Positions 1 to 9,470 of a stretch of DNA of 20,000 bases are shown here, in pieces. Where the stretch lies: contig NC_057755.1 of NCBI RefSeq assembly GCF_004010195.1, forward strand, positions 8,660,818 through 8,680,817. Reading direction: 5' to 3'. Below the pieces are notes generated by a model. That model was given only the letters and a program-made list of their open reading frames with translations, did no database searches and was not told the DNA's origin. Positions within the stretch are counted from its first letter, which is position 1. Each line of letters opens with the position of its first letter. The position numbers and the translations under genes were made by a program. The stretch is from Chiloscyllium plagiosum. Its lineage: Eukaryota.

Positions 1-1155
1 TGCCATATAACTTGCCGTTCAATCCTCCTTAGAACATCTTGACACCAAGAACAGCTCCGTAAGAATCCTACTCATTGACTACACTATTATCCCATGATTA
101 AAAAAGTAGTGATCTCGGACTAAGCCCAATCACTGCAACTGGATCCTCAGTTTCCTGACCCATAGGCTACAATCAGTGAAGACTGGGGACAATATTTCAC
201 CCTCACAAAAACTCAAGACTGGAGCCCCCCAGGGGTACGTACTCAGCCCCCTACTGTACTCATTGTAAACCCATGACTGCGTCGCCAAATACCAGACTAA
301 TGCCATTTACGAGTTTGTTGATGACATCAGCATAGTCGATCGAATCTCAGTTGGTGTCAAAACAGACTACAGACGGGAGGAAGAAGACTTGGAAAAATGG
401 TGCACTGAGAACAACTAAGCTCTCAACACCAGCAAATCAAAGGAACCCATTATTGACTTTTGGCGGTGTGTTATTCATACCCCGCTACACATTAACAGCA
501 CTGAGTTGGAACAAGTGGTGAGTGTCAAGCTCCTGGGAGTGGTCATCAACAACAAGATTTCTTGGACTCTTTATGTGACGCATGAGTTACAAAGGCTCAA
601 CAACATCTCTTCTTCCATCAGGCATCTGAGGAATTTTGGCATGACGGTGAATAGCCTTGTCAACTTTTATGGGTGCGCTTTCGAGAGCATTCTGTCTGGA
701 TGTATCACTACTTGAGATGGCAATTATACCATTCAAGATCAGAAACGGTTGCAGAGAGTGATCAACGCAAACGCGGAAAATCACACACGTCAACCTCCCA
801 TCTACAGGTTCCATCGATAGGCCCGCAGTCAAGTAAAGGCTGCCAGCATTCTCACAGATCCAGTCCACTTGCCAATACTTTCCCACAACCTCCACCGTCT
901 GGGAGAAGGTACACAACACTGAACACACGCACCAGCTGGTTTGTAAGAGTTTCTATCCTACTGTTGTTGGAATACTGAATGGACTCACAAGCTCTTAACA
1001 TTCGCATATCTGTGTTTTTGTTTTTGCCGCTGTTGACTCGTTATTTAATTAACTATGCTTTTAACTATGCGATCTGCCTATTGCTCGCAAGACAAAGCAT
1101 TTCATTGTGCCTTGTCACACGTGACAATAAATTCAATTGAACGCAATTCAGTTCA
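1..1155 (+). mobile_element. Rex1/Babar-type non-LTR retrotransposon, degenerate RT and 3' end
   Basis: 221-280 translates GAPQGYVLSPLLYSL*THDC and 314-325 FVDD in the same frame (cf. Rex1 GAPQGCVLSPLLYSLYTHDC...KFADD). Upstream CNWILSFLTHR; downstream ESILSGCIT and SGRRY motifs. Ends with aataaa and a degenerate (ttcaa)-like tail at ~1126-1155. Multiple stops and frameshifts. Confidence 0.88.
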
Positions 1156-1224
1156 AAAAGTTGAAGTAGAAGGTACAAGAGAAAGAGCAGGTGCACATCC
1201 CAGGACTTGGTGGGGGAGTAGTTT

Positions 1225-1877
1225 TATCACTGGAACGAGGGCCAGGTTTGATCACACTGACGATCAGATCCTTGACTGGGAATGTAAACCTGGGCCAACC
1301 ACAGAGTTAAACAGGAGATGGTCTCTGCTGAGTGCCTGTCCATCTTGTGCAATGATGTTCGAGGCCGAGTGTCCTTGGAGAGGGGACATGTGGTGTCTAC
1401 CAATACTCTTGATGCCTTTAGGAGAGTTTGTCACAATGGGGAATAGAGTGTTTTATTTCCCCTTCCAAATCCATTTTCATTTCTTCCTTGCCCTTCCCTT
1501 CCCTTTCACTTTATTTTCTCACGCACACCTTACCCCTTTTGGGCTTTGCTTGTTAATGACTACCTGGCTACATGGGTGTTTTTCCTGCTGGTAGAATTAT
1601 AGCATAGATTTCTTTTGCAATGATGTGGGTTTTTTTCTGAGTCTATACATACTTACACAGCCAGAGGGACACGGGTGATGTGGGAGAAATATAAGCGATA
1701 CTGCTGTGCAGTGGGCATGTCGGGGATCAATAAAATAGAAAGGGAAATAAAGAAAACAAAAGGGTCTTCTCACTGTAAGCACAGGCTTTGAGCTGGTTGG
1801 TTGAAGCCCATGGACTGTGTTCTTGTAAATAACAGATAACATGGTGAATGGATACCGTTCTCTGTTAAGTGATTTCA
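1225..1877 (+). mobile_element. Solo Gypsy-type LTR split in two (~1225-1320 and ~1762-1877) by a Tx1-like 3' fragment
   Basis: Direct similarity to the LTR at ~6080-6851: 'gtaaacctgggccaa..acagagttaaacaggag' vs 'gttaacctgggccaa..acagagataaacaggag'; 'ctcactgtaagcac..gagctgg' vs 'ctcattctaagcac..gagctgg'; 'tgtaaataa..tggtga..ctctg..ttca' in both. Ends in CA (1876-1877) with no PBS following. Confidence 0.75.
1321..1761 (+). mobile_element. Tx1-like L1-clade LINE 3' terminus (ORF2 C-terminus, 3'UTR, A-rich tail)
   Basis: ~1327-1420 translates AECLSILCNDVRGRVSLERGHVVSTNTLDAFR, resembling the Tx1-type ORF2 C-terminus. Followed by a pyrimidine-rich UTR, then aataaa and an A-rich tail at 1729-1761 directly before the LTR resumes. 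Confidence 0.65.
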
Positions 1878-2049
1878 GTTGTAAATGAATGCATTCATTT
1901 GCTATGAATGAGAAGTTATTGCAACTCTGAACCGGCATAAGAAAAACAGTAATTTGTGTGTTGGAACATTATGTCTGTCGGGTGCCACAGGAGAGGGACC
2001 AAAATGCACAACTGTTTTTATTCGGTAACATGAGCACAAATTACCGGGT

Positions 2050-2500
2050 CAAGTTCCTTGCTTTGTGCAATGACGCAGGCATTGAGGCTGTGCTAGCATT
2101 GATAGCCTGCCCCTTGAAGGTGGAGCAGCGCTGCTTCCTGTCAATAGCTGGTAGGCTGACCCACGTGCTCTGAGGGAGGGAATTCAAGGAGTCTGACAGA
2201 GTGATAGTGAAGGAACAGCAATATACCTCAAACTCGAAATGGCGAGTGACTTGGCGGGGAACGCATAGGGTATGGTGTTGTCATGTATCTCTGCCCTTGT
2301 CTGGATGGAGGTTATCACGTATTGGAAGGTCCTGTCTCAGGATCTGTGGTGAATTCCTGCAGTGCGTCTTGTAGCTGGTACACAATGATGATATTGAGTA
2401 TTGGTGGTTGAAGGGCTGGATGATTGTGGATATTGATACAATCAAGCATATCGCTTTGTCCTTGGAGAGTGTCAAGACGTTTCTTTATAATTGGTGTCAG
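2050..2500 (-). mobile_element. L2/CR1-group LINE 3' fragment (same family as 17225-17790)
   Basis: Minus ORF 2281-2475 (KDKAICLI...SSLCTSYKTHCRNSPQILRQDLP) resembles the post-RT C-terminus of these LINEs. Its reverse complement is homologous to ~17400-17790. Confidence 0.65.
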
Positions 2501-2544
2501 TGCTTAGTTTCTCTTTCACAGTGAATATTCGTGCTGACTCTCAA

Positions 2545-3970
2545 TGTTCGGGGAACTGCTCAAATATGTCGATGCATGTGTGATGTGCTGTGCAAAATGG
2601 CCTTTGGGGAGGGAATCCGTGAATGGATCTGACTGCTCTGCATCAACATCATTAGCGCGGTTTCAATCAATGGGTCAATGAGTCAGGCGGGGCTGCCCAT
2701 TCTCTCCTGCCTTGTTTGCCTGTTGTATAGAGCATTTGTCAAGTACATCAGAAGGATGCGAGCCTGAGAGGGGGATCTGTTTCAGGCAGCGGAGGTCTGC
2801 AGTTCATAGCCTCTCCGTACATTTATGGCATCACCGATTTCTACTCAGATCTACTGTGGGTAACAAGACTCGAGCATCTGTGACCAGTTCAAGCTGGCCT
2901 CAGGAGCCCAGAGAATCCAATGCAAGAGTGAGGCCATGTTCTTTAGGATCTAGACCAACCGATTCATTATCCGCTTCATAGTCAGAACAGATTACCTAAA
3001 GGTGCTGAGCATATGATTCAGAGGGGCTGGAGTGTACACAAAATCTGGAATGAGCACTTTGCCAAGGTGAGGCAGAAACAGGGAGCATCGCTTCTTCTCC
3101 ATTTCGAGTAAAAACCTGGTCATCAGGTGTGAGACATTATCTCTCTTGTTGTTGTCTGTGATGCAGGTTTGGCCCATTGTCCAGAACTGCACTGTTTCAT
3201 TCACCCGAGCCATTTTCCACTTCATCTAGAAATTGAAGATGGACAGTGTCCACGGAGACTCCACGGAAAATAAACGCAAACAATTGTATAAGTGAGGGGA
3301 AGGATGTACTCAACACTGTCCTCACCCTTTTGGCTACATTTAGGTGCAGCTGCATCAAGCTGTGCAAACAAAAAGTGTCACTATGTACTGAGGTTCTACC
3401 TGTCCCCAGTTTTGTGAAGGATGGGACTGGCCTCGTTACCACAGAACACTCCAGGTAGTTTCGTTATCACGTGTCCTTCATGGGGACACTTGCAAAGAGA
3501 AATACCTTTGACCACCAGTCCATCAGGAATTCGGCAGCACGCAATGTCCCTGAGACACTGCAAGGAAAGGAGAGGGAGGATCCTGTCACATGGTTCCCTG
3601 AACAGACTATCAAAGTCCTTTGGCAGAAGTCTGGTCAGATGGCCCTTTGTAATATGCATCAAGATATCGCTTCACTGGTGGTGAGAAAGGCACTATCTGA
3701 GAGACCCTTCATCTGCACCCGGTCTGTCCGTGCCTCCACACGCTGCCTTAAGACAGTGCATGGGGTGGGGTGAGCAGATTGCCACACGTCCCCTACTGGG
3801 ATGTGCCTGTGCAACGGAGGTCTGGAGGAAAATGAGGTAGTTTTTGAGGGATATCCCAAGTAGCTCCATGATGGAGGACGCCATGCACTATGGTCTGTTC
3901 CCCAGGACACACATCGATACAATTATCTGGTGCACCCAAAAAACCATCCACTCAGTGAAAGATGCTGATA
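2545..3970 (+). mobile_element. Tx1-like L1-clade ORF2 fragment (RT to zf-RVT), heavily decayed
   Basis: VLCKMAFGEGIREWI at ~2585-2630; VRRGCP/SPALFACCIE at ~2680-2735 (RQGCPLSP motif). RNVPETLQGKEREDPVTWFPEQTIKVLWQK and HQDIASLVVRKAL in ORF 3471-3773; Cys-containing zinc-finger-like segment ~3740-3830; GLFP near 3890. Confidence 0.8.
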
Positions 3971-4063
3971 CATTTGCAGAGTATTTAATTTAAACCTGGT
4001 GTGATCACATGAAGGTTGCAACTTCATCACGTTGCTTTTCGCTGTAATTGGAAATCACAGAAT

Positions 4064-4789
4064 TGACTTTGAAGAGAGAGTCGAAGGGTGGGTCAGCAAA
4101 TTTGCAGATGATACAAAGATTGGTGGAGTTGTGGATAGTGAGGAGGGCTGTTGTCGGCTGCAAAGGGACTTAGATATGATGCAGAGCTGGGCTGAGCAGT
4201 GGCAGATGGAGTTCAACCCTGTCAAGTGTGAGGTTGTCCATTTTGGAAGGACAAATAAGAATGTGGAATACAGGGTTAACGGTAGGGTTCTTAGTAAGGT
4301 AGAGGAACAGAGGGACCTTGGGGGTCTATATTCATAGATCTTTGAAAGTTGCCACTCAGGTGGATAGAGCTTGTAAGAAGGCCTATGGTGTATTAGCGTT
4401 CATTAGCAGAGGGATTGAATTCAAGAATCGTGAGGTGATGTTGNNNNNNNNNNNNNNNNNNGGTTTATAAGATGATCAGAGGAATAGATAGAGTAGACAG
4501 TCAGAAACTTTTTTCCCCAGGTACAACAGAGTGTTACAAGGAGACATAAATTTAAGGTAAAGGGTGGAAGGTATAGGGGGGATGTCTGGGGTGGGTTCTT
4601 AACTGCGAGAGTGGTGGGGCATGGAATGCGCTGCCTGTGGGAGTGGCAGAGTCAGAATCATTGGTGACCTTGAAGCGGCAATTAGATAGGTACATGGATA
4701 GGTGCTTAAGCTAGGACAAATGTTCGGCACAACATCGTGGGCCGAAGGGCCTGTTCTGTGCTGTATTGTTCTATGTTCTATGTTCTATG
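4064..4789 (+). mobile_element. CR1 (L3) LINE, 5'-truncated 3' portion, spanning an assembly gap
   Basis: VEGWVSKFADDTKIGGVVDSEEGCCRLQRDLD..W..WQMEFNPVKCEVVHFG (ORF 4032-4337); CR1 3'UTR 'gggccgaagggcctgttctgtgctgta' and a (ttctatg)x3 tail ending at 4789. Confidence 0.95.
4444..4461. other. Assembly gap (18 N)
   Basis: Run of n characters inside the CR1 copy. Confidence 1.
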
Positions 4790-5004
4790 ACTCCTTTCTG
4801 TAGTTAAAAATATATATACTTAGGACTGAGGCAATAAAGGACAATTGTGATCACGTTAATTTGCAAACAAATTGTTAGTTGTATTCTGCCAAGATTAAAG
4901 GTGTTTCGTTGTTTTTCAAATTATAATCAGTATTGAAATAAAACTGGTAAATGTCCATTCCTTTTCTGCTGGCAGTCAGTTATTGAATTGTAAATGATGA
5001 ACAT

Positions 5005-5230
5005 TATCTCCCTCTTTTTATTTTTCTCTTTGTGTCTGTCTGCGTTTCATTTTCTTAACTCTCTCTTCCCTTCTGTTTCTGTTTGTGCACCACTGCCTCA
5101 TTTTTCTATCTGTCTCTTTGTCTCACTCTCTTTTCTCTTGCGAATCTATTTTTCTCTCTCTACCTGACTCTGTGTATTTGGATTTCTCCCTCTGTCTCTC
5201 TTTGTCGCTCCAATTCTCTCTATCTTTGTG
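5005..5230. repeat. Pyrimidine-rich (CT/TG) low-complexity tract, left part
   Basis: Degenerate tctc/tgtc repeats with strong purine depletion on +. Confidence 0.8.
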
Positions 5231-5232
5231 TT

Positions 5233-5680
5233 ACAGAGTGATATAGCACGGAAACAGACCCTTCAGTTCAATCAGTCCATGTTATGTATAATCCCAAACT
5301 AAAATAGTCCCACCCACCTGCATATGGTCGATATCCTTCCAAGCATTTCTTATTCATGTACTTGTCTAATTGTCTTTTAAAGATTGCAACCAAGGCCATA
5401 CGTTTAGCTCTATAAGTCTTGTTTTTTTCCCCAAAATGAAACACTTCACATTTATCCAGATTAAACTCTACTTTCCACTACCCAGCCCATTGACCTAATT
5501 CATCAAGATCGGTTTGTAATCTTCGATAACTTTCTTCACTGTCATTATACCACCAATCATAGTGTAATCCGAAAATTATGAACCATACCTTCTATATGCA
5601 ACTCATTTATGTAAATGACAAATGAAAACTGGACTCGACACTGATCCCTTTGGAACGTCACTGATCTGCAGGTTTCCAGT
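5233..5680 (-). mobile_element. CR1 fragment, antisense, internally deleted, inserted in the CT tract
   Basis: 5233-5390 is the reverse complement of the CR1 3' end ('tagcacggaaacagaccctt'). 5400-5680 is the reverse complement of the RT core (ORF 5557-5760 FVIYINEL..MVHNF, a degenerate FVIYINDL..VSKFADD). Confidence 0.8.
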
Positions 5681-5950
5681 TCCCTTTCTTTTCTGTCTCT
5701 TTCTCTCTCATTCTGTGTATCTGTGATTTTAATCCTTTCTTTTTCTGTCTCCATCTCCATCTCTTTCTATGTTACCCCCCCCCCCGCCCCGTATTTCTCT
5801 TTCACTCTCTTTCCATCTTTTCTCTCTCTATCTGTCCATCTCTGTCTCGTCATGTATTGTTTTCTCTGTCTCTCTGTGTGTATTTCTCTGTATATCTGCA
5901 TCTCTCCTTTTTTTTCCTGCCTCACTCTATCAATCTTGTTGTTGTGCCTC
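5681..5950. repeat. Pyrimidine-rich (CT) low-complexity tract, right part, with a C run at ~5775-5785
   Basis: Same composition as 5005-5230; accounts for the low-complexity ORFs 5723-5953 and 5769-6035. Confidence 0.8.
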
Positions 5951-6079
5951 TGACACAGTGACTGGCTCTTTAACTTTGATTATCCATTCGCTCAGTCAAC
6001 CTGTAGAATGTGTGACGGGGACTGCAACGTCATAAAATGCAAGTTATGGATCTCGAGCTTAACTGTATAAAGTTGGCCT

Positions 6080-6851
6080 CACAGTGATAGGAAAGAGGGC
6101 TAAGTGGATCTCATTTACAATAAGATCGTTGTTTGGGGTTGTTAACCTGGGCCAATGTGAGAGCCCTTGCTGACAGAGATAAACAGGAGGATCAGAGAGT
6201 ATCCTCATTCTAAGCACTGATTCGGAGCTGGCTGTTTACGTCACTGGTGGAATATAGCGTGCAATTCTGGTCTCCTTCCTATCGGAAAGATGTTGTGAAA
6301 CTTGAAAGGGTTCAGAGAAACTTACAAGGATGTTGCACGGTTGGAGGATTTGAGCTATTGGGAGAGGCTGAACAGGCTGAGGCTGTTTTCCCTGGAGCGT
6401 CGGAGGCTAAGGGGTGACCTTATAGAGGTCTACAAAATTATGAGGTAAATGGACAGGGTAAATAAGCAAAGTCTTTTCACTGGGGTAGGGGAGTCCAGAA
6501 CGAGAGGGCATAGGTTTAGGGTTAGAGAGGAAATATATAAAAGAGACCTACGCGGCACATTTTTCACCCAGAGGGTGGTGCGTGTTTGGAATCAGCTGCC
6601 AGAGGAAGTGGTGAAGTCTGGTACAATTTCAACATTTAAAAATGGGCATATGAATAAGAATGGTTTGGAAGGATATGGACGGGGCGGGGAGTGGTAGGAG
6701 GGACTAGATTGGGTTGGGATATCTGGTCGGCATGGACGGGTTGGACATAGATGCTGTACATCTCTATGACTCTATGGACAGAATCTATGTACTATGCACA
6801 TGTAAATAAAGGGTGACTTGGTGATGGGATTGCGGACTCTGCAGTTATTCA
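6080..6851 (+). mobile_element. 5' LTR of a Gypsy element (~6080-6233 and 6777-6851), interrupted by CR1
   Basis: CCAAT-like 'gggccaat', TATA-like 'gataaa', aataaa at ~6805, terminal CA at 6850-6851 followed by a PBS and gag. Homologous to the solo LTR at 1225-1877. Confidence 0.8.
6234..6776 (+). mobile_element. CR1 3' fragment inserted in the LTR
   Basis: EYSVQFWSP; RRLRGDLIEVYKIM; SRTRGHRFRVR..FFTQRVVRVWNQLPEEVV (ORF 6449-6697); ctctatgactctatg tail ending at 6776. Confidence 0.93.
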
Positions 6852-8026
6852 GTGGCAACGACGAAAGTGGCAACAGTCAACTTTGAATTGGGTAGGTATT
6901 TGTGGTATTATACTTCTATTTGGGAAGTTTGACTTGTTCGAATCTACTGTTAAATTCTGGGATGTGGAAAGAATGCATTATTTTTTGCAGGCGGAAGAAA
7001 GGCAACCATAACCCTGATCGATGCAGACCAGCAGAACATTCAGTTATTAGGAGCCTAATTTTCCGAGAGACATCAGCCGCCAAAAAACTTTCAAGGGTGA
7101 TGCATTTACTTCAGCAATATTACGACTCCAAACCTTCTCTAATTCTAGCTCACTATCAGTATTATTCAACTCTTTGAGAACCACAGAAATTGTAATCAGG
7201 TTTTTTTGCATTTAAGACGACCAACCGAAGCTCGTGACATTGGGTTAACCCTGAATGATACTGTTCGGTATGTGGGATTCTTGTCGTGACCAGGCAGAGT
7301 ACCTCTAAGTTGAAGACTAACTGGACTTCAAATTGGCATTAAAAATGACTTTGTCAATAGAACATGTGGCAAATGGGGCAGGAGAGCTGCAGGGTATCCC
7401 AATGGAAGTGGACATCCTACTATGGAACACCACCTGAGTGCAGGCAATTGAGGAGCCTCACGCAGGGCATATCCTGAGCAGAAGGACCATCCATCAGCAA
7501 TCCACAAAACGCCGTGCCTTGGCCATGTAGCTCTCATGTTCTTCAGGATCCTGGCTGACAAACCATTGGAGTTGCTGCCAGTATGCGCAATCGAGACAGC
7601 AAAGGGGTCCTACGAGGTCTGACTTGTGTAGGAGAACTTTTAGGCCAGTATCCAAGACAGTACCAGCCCAGGAAAGTCCCCCTATGCGTGGGATAGAACA
7701 GTTAACTTGGTTGTCAACATCCTTATCAGAGCCAAGCGAAGTAAACGTCTGGCAAAATAGTCACCCGGTTCTTATGGACGTCGATAAGACCCATCTGTGT
7801 CAGTGATTGCAGAACGAGTCTTTACCAAGATTCATGGTGGATTCTAATCCTGACAATTGCACAATACCTCAACCAGATCCTATCCTGGCAAAACTGAAAT
7901 GGCTGATGGTAATGGGGCGAATAAAAGAGCCGTCAGAACCAGGATTGAAAGCTTTCAGCACCTCAGCGAGACTAGATCACCGTAAAGGACGGCATGTTAC
8001 CATAATTCTCTCCGAGTAAAGATCGC
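6852..8026 (+). mobile_element. Gypsy (Mag/K02A2.6-like) internal region: degenerate gag, protease start and pre-integrase segment; RT/RNase H absent
   Basis: FGKFDLFE..VERMHYFLQA at ~6919-6990; IRSL..QYYDSKPSLIL (ORF 6902-7177); VNVWQNSHPVLMDVDKT at 7741-7791 (degenerate protease DTG region); QPDPILAKLKWLMVMG..EPGLKAF (ORF 7807-8019), a segment normally between RNase H and integrase. Confidence 0.75.
6853..6864 (+). promoter_or_regulatory. Primer-binding site, degenerate match to tRNA-Ser(GCT) 3' end
   Basis: TGGCAACGACGA one base after the LTR-terminal CA; the complement of the vertebrate tRNA-Ser(GCT) 3' end is TGGCGACGAGGA (2 mismatches). Confidence 0.7.
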
Positions 8027-8030
8027 TGTT

Positions 8031-8858
8031 AGGTGAGGTGCTGGAAGATTGGAGCTTGGGACCACGCCATCGTTTAAGAAAGGTGGTAAGAAAAATCCAG
8101 GGAGCTATAGACATCAGTGATGGGAAAGTTGTTGGAGGGAATCCTGAGGGACAGGATTCAAATGTATTTGAAACGGAAGGACTGATTAGGGATAGTCAGC
8201 ATGGCTTTGTGCGGGGGAATTCGTGTCTCACGAACCTGATTAAATTGGTTGAAGATGTAACAAAGAGGATTGATAAGGGCAGAGTGGTGGACGTGATCGA
8301 TATGGACTTCAGTAAGGTGTTCGACAAAGTTCCTCATGGGAGACTGGTTAGCAAGGTTATAGAATATGGAATACAGGGAGAACTCACCATTTGGATACAG
8401 AACGGACTCGACGGTAGAAGAGAAAGGTGGTGATGAGGTTTTCTTTTCAGACTGGAGGCCTGTGACTAGTAGTGTGCCATAAGGATCTGTGCTTGTTTCA
8501 CTGCATTTTGCCATTTAAGTAAATGATTCGGGTGTGAACGTAGGATGTATAGTGAGTAAGTTTGCAGATGAGAACAAAATTGGAGCTGTTGTGCACAGCA
8601 AAAAAAAAGGATCTAGATCAGATGGTTCGATGGGCTGAGAAGTGGCAGAAGAGGCTTAATTAAGATAGATGTGAGATGCTGCGTTTTGGAAAAGCAAATT
8701 AGAGCCGGCCTTACAGACTTAATGGTAAGGTCCTGGGCAGAGTTACTGAGCAAAGTGACCTTGGAGTGCAGGCTCATAGTTCCTTGAAAGTCGAGTTACA
8801 GGGACTTAGGAGAGTGAAGAAGGCATTTCGTATACTTTACTTTATTTGTAAGAGCATT
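8031..8858 (+). mobile_element. CR1 ORF2 RT fragment, left half (continues at 14574)
   Basis: GEVLEDW; LIRDSQHGFVRGNSCLTNLI..VDVIDMDFSKVFDKVPHGRLVSKV (ORF 8038-8433); SKFADE at ~8555-8572. Breaks at 'agagcatt'. Confidence 0.93.
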
Positions 8859-9342
8859 TCTTTACTTTTTTAAATTGATTTTTCTTCAAACAATTAAAGC
8901 AGAACAGGTGCAATCACAAACAATAAACAGCAGTTAACAAAACCCCAACCACACTCCCCATGGCAAATCCCTTCCCCAAAAATTTAAAGAAAAATGACAA
9001 GCAACCAGAGTAAACACAAACATCTACAGAACACACAACATAAAAATTAAACCAGCAGTAAGATAACTGCATAACAAAAGAAAAAGGAAAAAAAATAAAA
9101 CAAATTTGTCACAAAAGAAGATATCTCAATCTGGGACAGGTATAAAAACAATACCCTGAGAATATGAAATGAAGGGTTCCGAATATTTGTAAATTTGTTA
9201 GAGGAGCCAGGTAAGGGTAGTCTAATCTTTTGTAATTTAGTAAAGTATAATAAATCTTTAACTCAGCGTGTATGAGTAGGTGGATTTAAGAACATTTTAA
9301 CAACATCAATCCTCTGGCCATTGGGTAATGAATGCTTTCATG

Positions 9343-9470
9343 GAGGAGAAAGCGAAGACTGCAGATGCTGTAGATCAGAGTCGAGAGTGTAGCGCTGGAT
9401 AAGCACAGCAAGGTCAGGCAGCATCTGAGGAGCAGGAGAATTGACGTTTCGGTCATAAGCCCTTCATCAG
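9343..9470 (-). mobile_element. Short Penelope-like (PLE) terminal-repeat element inserted in L1, 18-bp TSD
   Basis: Flanked by gtaatgaatgctttcatg (9325-9342) and gtaatgaatgttttcatg (9470-9487), 1 mismatch. Carries a minimal hammerhead core. The PLE assignment is from prior knowledge of such repeats. Confidence 0.8.
9443..9470 (-). ncRNA. Minimal type I hammerhead ribozyme motif
   Basis: Minus strand reads CTGATGA-A-GGGC-TTAT-GACC-GAAA-CG-TC: both core boxes, stem II with 3/4 pairs, a minimal helix III and a GUC cleavage triplet. Helix I is not convincingly formed. Confidence 0.65.

Noticed and set aside
1055..1594. 179-aa ORF as a novel gene
   Set aside because: It runs across a Rex1 3'UTR, an LTR piece and a Tx1 tail in a non-native frame; a chance chimeric ORF.
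4766..4789. Short tandem repeats as a CRISPR-like array
   Set aside because: (ttctatg)n without spacers is the standard CR1 3' tail.
5557..6035. ER-rich and S/L/F/C-rich ORFs
   Set aside because: Translations of the CT low-complexity tract and an adjacent CR1 fragment.
1225..6851. The two LTRs as ends of one provirus
   Set aside because: The PBS and gag follow the second LTR, not the first; no Gypsy sequence lies between them and the copies are quite diverged.
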